Origin: Adineta vaga
Lineage: Eukaryota; Animalia; Rotifera
Length of the DNA stretch: 64,000 bases
Reading direction: 5' to 3'
Assembly: GCA_021613535.1 (NCBI GenBank)
Contig: CP075496.1
Coordinates: 7,254,001-7,318,000 of the forward strand
Of this stretch, positions 53,201-64,000 are shown piece after piece. The notes under the pieces are model-generated. The model searched no databases, was not told the DNA's origin, and was given only the letters and a program-made list of their open reading frames with translations. A program made the position numbers and the translations under genes. Numbering within the stretch: position 1 is the stretch's first letter; each line of letters begins with the position of its first letter.

Positions 53201-56200
53201 AGAATTTCATAAAATTTTATTTAAGTGAAAACCTATGGTTTAATTACGCATCAAAATCGACATCACTAAAATCACTACCACGTTTCGATCGATCAAATAC
53301 TTTCAATAATTTTTCATAATCTTCTTTAATCGTATCATACACTTGCTTTTGTTCAGCTAAACTTAATTGATTGGCATCCATTAAGGTAAGAAATGACTTC
53401 ATCTATAATAGAAAAAAAATATCGAATATAATCATTTTTTTTTCAGCATTCAATGAATTTAATCTTTTACTTTTCCACCTAATGTCTTCGTTTGAATAAG
53501 TAAATCGAGTTTAATAGTTTCAGGTGTCGTTAATTCTTGAACAGTAATTGTTTGTGGAACAGATTCATCAAAAATTACAGATTCGGCAGTAGCGGAATTA
53601 GTTGGCGATGCACCTAAATATAGAAATAAGCTGCAATTTCTGATTTTTACGAATTAAGACAATATGAAAACCAATTATCCTCTAGATTTTATCTAGTGTT
53701 TATGAGAAGAAGAAGAAGAGCTTTTTTTGTACTATAGGTTGAGAAATATATACAACTAGAGGTATTTTAGTAGACATATGTCGTTTATGCGATAAAAAAA
53801 CAATTTAAACAAAGAAGTAAGAAAAATAAAAAGTGTAAAAGACTCTTTTACATTTATCTGTTTATTTAAAAGCGATTAACATAGCAACCACTCTTATGTA
53901 GCACCTATATGTAACTATGAGCAACTATTTTCAAGAGGTTATGAACAACGTTATAGATTTCAACTAGAGAAACACACTCATCTTCGTATTCTAAATTCTG
54001 TACCCAAATAGTTCTAAGAACTAAAAGAAATAACTTAAGCTTCATTTTAACAAACAAAAAGATTCATAGAAAAGAAGCCTGTCAATATGTAGATTTAGAA
54101 ATGCTCTATGGTCTATTTTTCATATATTCATGTCGTTTCGATGTACTTTATTTATTACCTTTTTCGTATATCTAATTTTCAATAATCTTGCAATCGTTTC
54201 TATATTGAGTTAAATCAAGGTTGATAGAAAAGAATCTGTTCACTTTTTTTTCTATTTAAACATACCATTATATATACAGAAAAAAAAAGAAGAAAGAAAG
54301 CTCGATTCGACTCTTGAAATTTTGTTGTAGGGCAATATCTGTACATATAAAAAAGTAAATTTCGTTTTTTTCTTCTCATACATGATCATCGTCAACTTCT
54401 CGTAGGTTTCATGACATGTGTTATGATTACAAACATAGTCACATGAAAGAGAAAACGACCAATGAATAAAACACTACTTTTGTACTAAATTTAAGAATGT
54501 GCGAAATAAAAACAAAAAAGAATGAAAATGAAACCATTGTTATTTACCTTTGAATTCAATAATCTAGTACAACGAAGAATATTTCTAGGGATTTTTTTCA
54601 GTAGTTTAACGAAAAAGAATAAGAATGTTTTTATAAATTATTTAAAATAACAAGTCTTCTTTTAACAAAAAGTTTTGTAATTACATTTACATCAAACTTA
54701 TTCGGACAATTATTGTGAATAGTTTTCTGAAATAGAAATCATGAAATCGATCTTTTTCGATATGATTAGCACGTAGAAGTTAGAGACATCGTGTTGAAAC
54801 AATGCTCTTCGTGAGAACTCAGATGATGAAGCATAGATTACTAATCGCAAATAGAAAATAAAAATTATGTTAACAATATACGCCTTAACATGAAAATTGA
54901 TCTAAAATAGATGATTACTTTTAATTGCTGGTGTATTGGTTGCTGCAGTTGTTGATGATGAAGCTACATGCATTATGGATGAAAGAGGTGTCACAGTAGT
55001 GGAATGATATACTCCACTTGATCGTACACTTGCAACATTAACTCTGGATTGATGAATAAAATGGATGGTTCCCTATTAAGATGAAATTCTTGTTAGATTA
55101 ATATCATTCAAAGAAAAGTTAATCTTATACTTCAGATGCATTGGAAGAAGGTGTATGATCATCTGTAATTTTTGGTTGAAAACGCAATTGATCAATAGTA
55201 TTTTCAGCTTGAGCATATTTTTCTAACAATTCTTCGTAATTTTCATGAAGTTTATTTAGTAATTCTCCTGTTTTCTTGCCATAGCGTTTTTGTTCTTTTA
55301 ATTTTAATTTTAAATCTTGTTCTTCTAAATGACTTGTTTCTGATTCATCTTCATCGTCACTAATTGCTAATTGTGAACGACGTTGTTTTGCTGATGGTGT
55401 ATTACCTGCAGAAGAAGTAAGTTTTTGTGGCGATGAAAATATTTTACGATGTGTTATTGGAGTAAATGGTGAAACTTGTGTATTCGTTTTAGTAGCAGCT
55501 TGCCCTGAATTGGTTGTAGAAGGTACTTGTGATGTTCCTGAACGATCAGCTGAAGTAAAGAAACGAAAGGCACCTTTGCTCGTTGTAGACACTGGTACAG
55601 GTATTTTTGATGAACTAGTTGGTGAATGAGCACGTCTACAATGTGAACATTTAGAAAGATTATATTTAGAAAAAGAATCATTCAACCGAATTTTTGTTGC
55701 TGTTGCAGCTTTTAACGTTGGACTACGTGATCTTGACTGTGATGGTGAATTTGTTCGAACTGGTATTTTTGAAATAGATTGTCGAACATCTTTATTCATT
55801 GTTGATAGACGTGTTGAAGATGTATTAGAATTAATTTTTGTTTGAGGTCGAGGTAATGCTGTCTTCATATTGTCTCGATCAGAATTAGAATGAAATTGCT
55901 GTATAGTAGTTGTAGTAAAATCACTTGTTAGTGGTGTATGAAGGCTTTGTGAGTGGTACTTCTTATCAACAATACCACCTGATTTACTTCTTTCGGAAGA
56001 AAACTATAAAAAGAACGAGAGAGAAAAAGAGAAGAAAAAGAGAAGAATAAATGTATTGATTGATGTCGTGAAAAAAGCCAGTGACTGAAAGCATTGATTA
56101 AATCGATTTATACAATGAACAAAAATGTGACAATGAAGTGAGCTTAAGACTGTTAATGTTCGATAAAAAATCTTTTTTTTCTCCACTTCAAATACTGACA

Positions 56201-56704
56201 TGCTTGTTACAAGTAATGATTAGATTTTAAAGAAAAAGTCTTCTTTAGTTTGAAAAGAAATACACTTACTAGTTGGTTTGAATTAGTATCTAAGAAGAAT
56301 TTTTCATGATATTTGTTGTCCAAAATTGTTGCTTCTCCATCAATGGATACTTTTCTCGTTTCATTTTCATCCGAAGAACGTTTTTTTGGCCAATCATCAG
56401 CATACAATGTTGCTTGTCGAGTTAAAAAAACCGCTCGATTATTATTTGTTGAAGTTAAAAGATCATTTTTCTCATCATCATCATCATCATTATTATCGCT
56501 AACGTCACTTTGACTGCAACTGTCATCATGATCCGAAGGACGTTCTAACATATCGTTTTCGTTTTGTATTGTTCGTTTTAGAGAATAGTCTCCATTAATA
56601 CCATTGTCGTCGGTGTCACTTTGATCACTTTTTGAATCGTTTTCTGATGATGAACGTGAACTATTAGTTTGCCTATTTAGTAGAAATGAAAATGATGATG
56701 GCAT
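50276..56704 (-). CDS. AKNA-like (AKNA/AKNAD1 family) coiled-coil protein, multi-exon
   Basis: LHENYEELLEKYAQAENTIDQLRF matches the AKNA signature KYAEAENTIDQLR. C-terminal helix LNEAYERAKKVQHHSQTLSRHISRQL. Many short GT-AG introns; internal exon boundaries only partly checked. Confidence 0.7.
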
Positions 56705-59513
56705 TATCGTAGTAAATGTGCTCTTTTATATAGTATAGATTGATTCCATGTATGTATGTATGTAAGTATATCGTATATATATATATATATCTATATCTTG
56801 AATAAAAGGAAGAAAAGAAAGAATGTAAAAATTCATTGTTCTTTTCGTTGTAAAGATTACGTGTATAGGTGATTTGTAATGAACAACAGGTGATGAGAGA
56901 GAAAAGGTTGAAACAGGAGAGTAACAACACTTGATCCGTTTTGGTTTTTTTCTTTTTTACTGAAATTTTTGTTTTATTTCTCATTTGTAGAAAAGAAACG
57001 AAAAACCAAAACGACATGTCTATGATAAAGTATTGTTCTTTACAACGAAAATTACTTGAGGTAGAAATGTTTAGTGAGAGTAAAAATTCGATCGATACAA
57101 TACTTTGGAAAAGAGCGTATTTTAGTTTATTTGTAATACAAGTCCGATATGAATGATGAAAAAGAAGAAGAAGAAGAAAAGAAAAAAAGAAAACATCTTT
57201 TCTTAAGTATAAAAATAATATTTACATGCATGAAAATGCTATTCGATACATACAGAAATGTATATTTCGTCGCCATTCGTAGACAGGTTGTTATAGTAGC
57301 AACCTCAAATTTTCTTTTCAAAAGGTTTAAAAGGTTTCAAGAGAATCGATTAATATCTGCTAATGTAATTTAGAGATATTTGTACTTGGATTTGTTCTAG
57401 ATGAAAATAATTTCATTAGATTTCTTTTTCCGTTTGTGATGATGAATTATTGTATACAATGTAGGAAGAATAGCGAGCGAGAGAGAGCATCAAATAACTT
57501 TGAAAAATAACCTGGATATAATGATCAAGAACGAAAAATTTTGATGCAAACAATACAGCTTCGTTTTAAATTCATGGGAATGAATTTATGCAAATCTTAA
57601 AGCGATTTTCTTTTATTAATTTGGTCAGTTTCAAGAATGACTTCGTAAGATAACAAAGCACTTTGTATGTGTATGTATCTTTCTTAATAACGACTCACTT
57701 TCGATTGTTTTTCTCAAGTATTCTTTGCTCTTATTGTACATGTCTATTATATCAGTCTTGTATAAGAGATTAGATCATTATCTTACAATGACATACGATG
57801 GTTCTTGTGAATGAAATAGTATTCTTTTGCTGTTTTTGTTATTTTATTTACAGATACTATAGAACTATAATGACTAAATGAGGTCGATAGACAAAGAAGA
57901 CATAGAAATAAATGTTGGTCGATTAGCTATTTATCACGATGTATTGAGATTATTTTGAACACATAATCGACAAGTCACGAAATATAACACTGTTGATGTA
58001 TACTGATGTTTTTTCTTAAGGTTGCATCTAATCAATGAAGAACTATATTGACTAGACAAGTGATTCTGTTGACTTAGTTGTTAACAGGTGTAAATATTTT
58101 GTAGATATTGAGAAATCTCTGTTCGAATTATGAACGAGGTAAGAATGAAGAAAAAAAAGCAATAACTCCGTAGAATACTTACCTACGCAAAACATCAAAA
58201 AGTGTAAGATTTCGTCAATTTGATAACATAGACATGGAATGATTAATATATGTGGTATTTTTCTTTTGAAAACGATGTTTTATTCTGCTACTTCGCTATA
58301 GTACTTTTATTCGAAATGCACGATTGAATAAATATTTCATTTATTTGTGTGAATATTTGATTTGTAGTTTGCAAACAATATGAGATAGAAAAAAAATTAA
58401 GTGAGACCGTTGTTTACTGCAGTGGAAACTTGATTGTGAACACATTCAAAAATATCTTTCAAATAGTTCACATTACTAGGAATACCTAGAATCATGAGTA
58501 ATTATGGAAAGATGAGTTAGCTTTGGTGCAATCTTTCAATAAGTATCGTAGATTGCTATATAATATATTGTATTTTCTTCTTCTACATTGCTTCTTACGT
58601 TGAAACCCTTTTTGAGTTCGATTTGATTTGTTTAACCTATAGTTTCTCAAAACAGTTAAATTATAGTTGATAGTATCTAATCGTTGAATTGTTACAAAGA
58701 AGCTGCTATTACTTTCAATACAAGAAAAATCAAAGATGTGACAATGAGAGTTTTTTGAGACTTCGAACCTCGCCCCTCTCCAATCTTTGAAATTTCATAG
58801 AACAAAGAATCGATCAAGACACATTTAATACAGAAGCGAAACGCTAATATTTCATCAATAATAAGTCTTCACAAGACTGAGAAAGATTATTTTCATTAAC
58901 TTCATCAAAAAAAAGTACATTCAAAACCAAGTCTGTGTTTGTCGAGTTTCATTACAATTTTAGCACACAATGGCTTTCTCAGCTGATAAAAACGGAAGTG
59001 CATTTTTAATATCATACATTTTACAGTGGGAGATATTATAATGCTACTTTATTTAACTGATTGATTGTAAAGTTGGTAGTTGAAAAATAAATTATATGTG
59101 ATATTATGTTATCTTGTCCTTTCTATCATTCGATACTCTCGCCAGATCGATCAAAACGGTTACTATACGATTATGTATGGATTCAGAATGGACTGTATTA
59201 CTGCGCCCATTATTATAGTCAGTACACAGACCATATCGTTTGACCTGGGTTGTTTTCTGTAGCGATTAGAAGTTAAATTATATATTTTACAAAAAAATAT
59301 CTGATAACAAAAGATGGCTAGCGATAGAAAAGTTCACTTGCGCTGAGAATGTTTAGTATTGATTATTTCATGATAATAGCTATCAAATGTATGAAATGCT
59401 TTAAGTAACCATTGTCCACTGAAATACAGTTATCTATCTGCATGACATGATCTAAATAAACAAAAAAATATTGAAAAAATCTTTTGATACTAAATTGTAT
59501 TACAATTTCTTAC

Positions 59514-59755
59514 CAATATCCACTAAAATCTCTTTAGCAGATAACTTTTTTGTCTTGAATTCATTTAAATTTCTTTCTATTTGTACGTCTCTTCATTAAT
59601 ACACATATTTGCAAGAATTTTCGCTAAACGTGTACAATTCTTTTCAATTGTTGTTTTATCATGATTATTAAATATTTCCTCAATCACTCCTTGCCTTTGC
59701 AAAACTTGATCAGCAATTGCTTGCTCAAATCACACAATGGTCTGTTTGAATTCGT
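59514..59755 (-). pseudogene. Possible decayed exon of unknown origin
   Basis: Bounded by an acceptor (tttag) and a donor (G|GTAAGA). Helical-looking fragments FEQAIADQVLQRQGVIEEIFNN...LAKILANMCINEE and VQIERNLNEFKTKKLSAKEILVDI are separated by frameshifts. Confidence 0.3.
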
Positions 59756-60120
59756 TCTAAATTTAGAAGAAAAAAACACGAAGCATAGGTCTATGGGTCT
59801 CTATGCTTATTCATATATATATCCTTAATTCTGAAGAGACTGAGTTTTTAGATCTTGAAATATTTTCAAACTATTCTGTCTACGACATAATAAATAAAGA
59901 CCCACAGAACCAATACTAAATATGGGAATTTAAGATTCGTAGTTGTGTTCCATCGAAATTTGAGAAAAAATGATTTCCGGCGACATCTTTTTCATTTTAT
60001 TACAATTGGTCATGCAATCAAATATATAACATATACTTCAATACTACAATATCAATACAATTCATTTGCTAGTAGAAATTCGATTTCGAAAGTGTCCGAT
60101 TCTTCGATAGTTTATTCTAG

Positions 60121-60744
60121 ATGAGTTCGACAAAACAACTTCCAAATATTGTTATCTGTGGTACACCAGGTATATCTTCATTTTCTTCTTAATAATCTTC
60201 TCCGTAACTCTCAATCGTATCCTCTACAGGTGTTGGTAAATCTCGGCTTTGTCAGGAATTATGTTCAGCAAATAAATCTTTAAAATATCTTAATATCAAT
60301 GATATAGCTAAAGAACAGAAATTTATTTTTGGTTACGATACTGAAAATGAATGTCAAATATTAGATGATGATGCTTTTCATGATTATCTTGAGGAGGAAT
60401 ATTTTCAACAAGAAACTCCTCCATCTGGTTTAATTATCGATTATCATAGTGCAGGAATAATTCCTGAGAGTGACCACATTCATGCTGTATTTGTTATTCG
60501 TTGTTGTAATGATAAATTATATGATCGATTAAAGCAACGCAATTATTCGGATAAAAAAATTGAACAAAATATTCAATCAGAAATTTTTCAAGTATGTCTT
60601 GATGAAGCAAACGAAACATTCGATCAATCAATTGTTCATGAACTTACCAATGAAACAGAAGACGATTTTAAAAAGAATGTGGAAAACCTAACGAATTGGA
60701 TTAAACAATGGTCAGAAAATAATAATACACAAAAGAAAAAATGA
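60121..60744 (+). CDS. AK6: Adenylate kinase isoenzyme 6 (Fap7/CINAP), 2 exons; absent from the ORF track
   Basis: Exons 60121-60169 and 60230-60744. Split P-loop PNIVICGTPG|GVGKS-type motif, LIIDYH, LYDRLKQRNYSDKKIEQNIQSEIFQ, IVHEL. Confidence 0.92.
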
Positions 60745-60964
60745 TTGCTGAAGGAAAATTGATAAATAACCAAATTTTGTTATTTATAGTTATTTTCTAA
60801 ATAAAAATTTCTATTTGATGATCAGCCAACAAGAAAAGTATAGTGAAATGTTAACTGCACGAAGATTCAAGCATCATTATCTGTTATCATATGAGAAACT
60901 TAATACACTAGTACTGAAAATAAAAGATTTGTAAGAATCAAAACAGAATGGTCTTTATTTTTTT

Positions 60965-63746
60965 TTATAATTCAATGTCTTTGAGTGCTGAATGAAGAAT
61001 TTCAGTGCCATGTTGTTTTCGAAATTCGTCCAAGAAACTAAATCGATACAAATTATTTATAAAAACTAAATCTTTCATTCTTCAGTACCTTTCATCTGCT
61101 TTAACCAATTTAGTTATAAAGATCGCAACATTTTTCCTTGCTACTTTACTTAACCATGATTGTTCAACTAATTTTAACATGTGACTTATTGTTTTATCTA
61201 TTCCTGAATAGTCTTGCAGAAATTTTTGTACTGATGAATATGTAATAACATTTCCAAAAACTAATGAAGCATTACCAATAAGTAACGAATGTTGACTTTT
61301 TATCAATTGCGTATAAATAACCGATAAGACTATAGAATGTATCGATGAAAATTAATCATCGTCGTTGATTCCACTATCGAAAGGAAAACTTACGTTTAGT
61401 ATCATTAGCTACCATTTGTTGTGCTTGTACATTCGATTGAGTACATAATGCTAAGAGTCTAACTGCAGCTCGAATCTTTTCTTCATTTTCGTCCTGAAAA
61501 CAAAGATTTATATTGATTCAATTCGAAAGAAACAAACCTGTTGTAATGCTTGACTAATCAAAGAAATAATCTTGTTTTGAAGAAGAATACTAATGGTTTG
61601 TTCGTAATGCATTGCAATATTTCCTAATAAAGTAAAAATTCGTTGATGATAAGAAGAATGTTTTAGTTGTATAATTTTCTCGCATAACTAAAAGAAAACT
61701 GTATTTTTTCCAGAAAGATTTCTAGACGTTAAATTACTTGTTGAGAAATTCTTTCCAATGAACTACTTTTTTCATTAGTTAAATTAATCAACAATCCAAG
61801 AAGATTCAATTGACGTTCATTATCATTATATTCAAAATCTTTCATAAGAATCTGTAAAAGTTCAGTTTGTTCAATAACACATGAACGAATCGTTTTTTCC
61901 GAACATAGATTTGTTAATAAAGATAACATTACAGTCCGAATTTGATGATCAATTGATATGGATTTCTAAATGAAATACAAACAAAATAATCAGTCAATTG
62001 ATCGTATATGACTTACTAGAATCGAAATTAATTTCGTTAATTCATCTTTACTGTTAAAATGTTGTTTAATTCTAAAAATAAATTGAGTTAAATGTCATTA
62101 AATCGTCTTAAAAAGAATTCTCACTTAGGTTCAACAGCTAAATTACTAAGTAATTTTGTAGCGTAGACTTGGTGTGATTTTTTATCCTGAATTATATTCA
62201 ATAAATATTCAATAAATCTAAAAGAGATTTTATCAGGAGGAAAACTTTAATTGAATTCCTACTTATTTATATTGATTTTCCCCATTAAAATCAAACGTGA
62301 ATTTGTTTTAAGAGATGTATCAACAAGATATTGTAATGCAGTTGATGAATACTTATATTTCAGTAGATAATTATTGAAATATTTACTTTCCAAACATTGC
62401 TTTGTATTCTCATCTATAGATGAAAGAATTTCAGATTTTAAATCATCTCTCTGTTTTCTTTTCATACCATCGTCTTGAGAAAGAACAATCATAAGATTGA
62501 AAATTGCTGCAGACAAATTTTCATGCGTATTTTCAGCTATAATCGAATGGGAATTGAATAAATCAAAACCGTGATCAACTCGAAATGCAGTTCGAGTTGT
62601 TTCTAAATAAACAAAATGAACATCAAAATCTCTCTGTCTCTTTACTTGGCTTATTCTCACCATCTTTTATCAATTGACAGAGAAGATCAATTCCACCAAT
62701 GTAAAAAATAATCGGTTGTTTATCTGTATTTAATTTTCTCAATGTATTTGTTAAATTCATTGCTTCTGATAGATTTTCATTTGAAAGAAATATTCGTGCT
62801 GATTCTTCTCGTTGATATTTATCGCGTTGTCGTTGAACATCTTGGATACATTCTGAAAAGTAACAAGAGAATATCTCTTCAACCGTATCTTTTCACTCAC
62901 GAGCCTTCTATCATTCGACGAGTATTGATGGATTCGAAATTGGTTATAGCAATCTGTTCTGCTTCAAGAAATTGTTCTTTAGCACGATCAAATTCTTTTA
63001 AATTGATCAAACATTTTCCTTTAATTACATATGCTTTGATATATGTAGGTGTGACCTAAACGAAATCTTCGAAAACGAATAATTATCTAGAAAAGATCGT
63101 ACTTTCAATGCCCAATCGCAATCATTCATTGCCTCTTCATATCGTTCTTGTTTAACATAGACTTGTGCTCGATTGGTATATAATATATCATAATCTTTTT
63201 TTGCTTTCAAACCCTTAAGTAACCACAACTGAATTCATGATCGAATTATTTTAATAATTCATACTTGTGTATAGTAGTCAATTGCTTGATCGTATGATTG
63301 TTGATGAAATGCATCATTTCCTTTAGTTTTGAATTCATCGGCTAAAATCTTATTTTTTCGACGATTTTCCGCACGTTCTTCTGCATCTTTTTCCAATGCA
63401 CTCATAAATGCAGCTAGGATCCAAAGTGAAACCTATTCAACAGTTTCTTCAACTTATAAAGATGTGTTACCTTGTGACAATTGTTCTTGTGGTATTGGTT
63501 GAGATGGAGATTTATTAATCACAGTACGATCGACACCTGTTTTTGATATTTGTTTAAGTAATACATCAGATTCTTCCATGGCTTTCGATACATCATTGGT
63601 ATCATTTGACGATAAATTTTGTACAAGTCGATCTAATCAACAAAGAAATTACATATGAAAAATCAATAGTGTACTCATTTTTATTTACGAATATCATCGA
63701 CTTGAGACAGAAATTTATTAAGATCTTCTTGTGATTCAGTCGCCAT
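60965..63746 (-). CDS. TTC12: Tetratricopeptide repeat protein 12 (TPR plus ARM repeats), multi-exon
   Basis: EDLNKFLSQVDDI; AAFMSALEKDAEERAENRRKNKILADEFKTKGNDAF; TPR LYTNRAQ...AMNDCDWALK; RTAFR; C-terminal ARM GNASL...ARKNVAIFITKLVKADER...FRKQHGTEILHS. Confidence 0.85.
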
Positions 63747-64000
63747 GTGATGCAATGTAAATTTTAAATATATTTCAAATTGTTCTTACTCCATTACCAT
63801 CTCGTTTCCACGAACGACAATGCGTATATCATTGATTCACAATTTTCTGTCCGATGGTGGCGCTAGAATGCGAATTGGTCAGTTTGAAATGACAAGGCGG
63901 AAAGAAAAGGAACAAAGACGAATCGTTCGTTATTGTCATTAAGATCAACGAAAATGCCTGAACCAGCACCACGACGGTAACTGAATTTCATATTTGTAAT

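Overview
This is AT-rich eukaryotic DNA with many short (~50-70 nt) GT-AG introns. Intron size, the intronless class A GPCR and the gene style suggest a bdelloid rotifer (inference). Genes in order: GPCR; glypican-like; IER/SERTA-like small ORF; two paralogous three-exon microprotein genes that are not in the ORF track (14857-15099, 16816-17081); a multi-exon gene that by manual splicing joins an intermediate-filament (IF) rod, a ~1000-aa Ser/Thr repeat tail and two calmodulin-like EF-hand modules (17499-24064, -); a tandem array of seven UBE2L3-like E2 enzymes (one a clear pseudogene), interrupted by NGDN and a small membrane protein; a Cys-rich/C-type-lectin receptor; a canonical cytoplasmic IF with lamin-tail domain; an unknown gene that may be fungal-like; AKNA-like; AK6 (not in the ORF track); TTC12. 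Best candidates for new biology are the IF-EF-hand chimera, the microprotein pair with a shared promoter element, and the diversified E2 array with Rel/STAT-like upstream sites. Four genes show single small frameshifts, which may be assembly errors. No database searches were run; family calls come from motif recognition.
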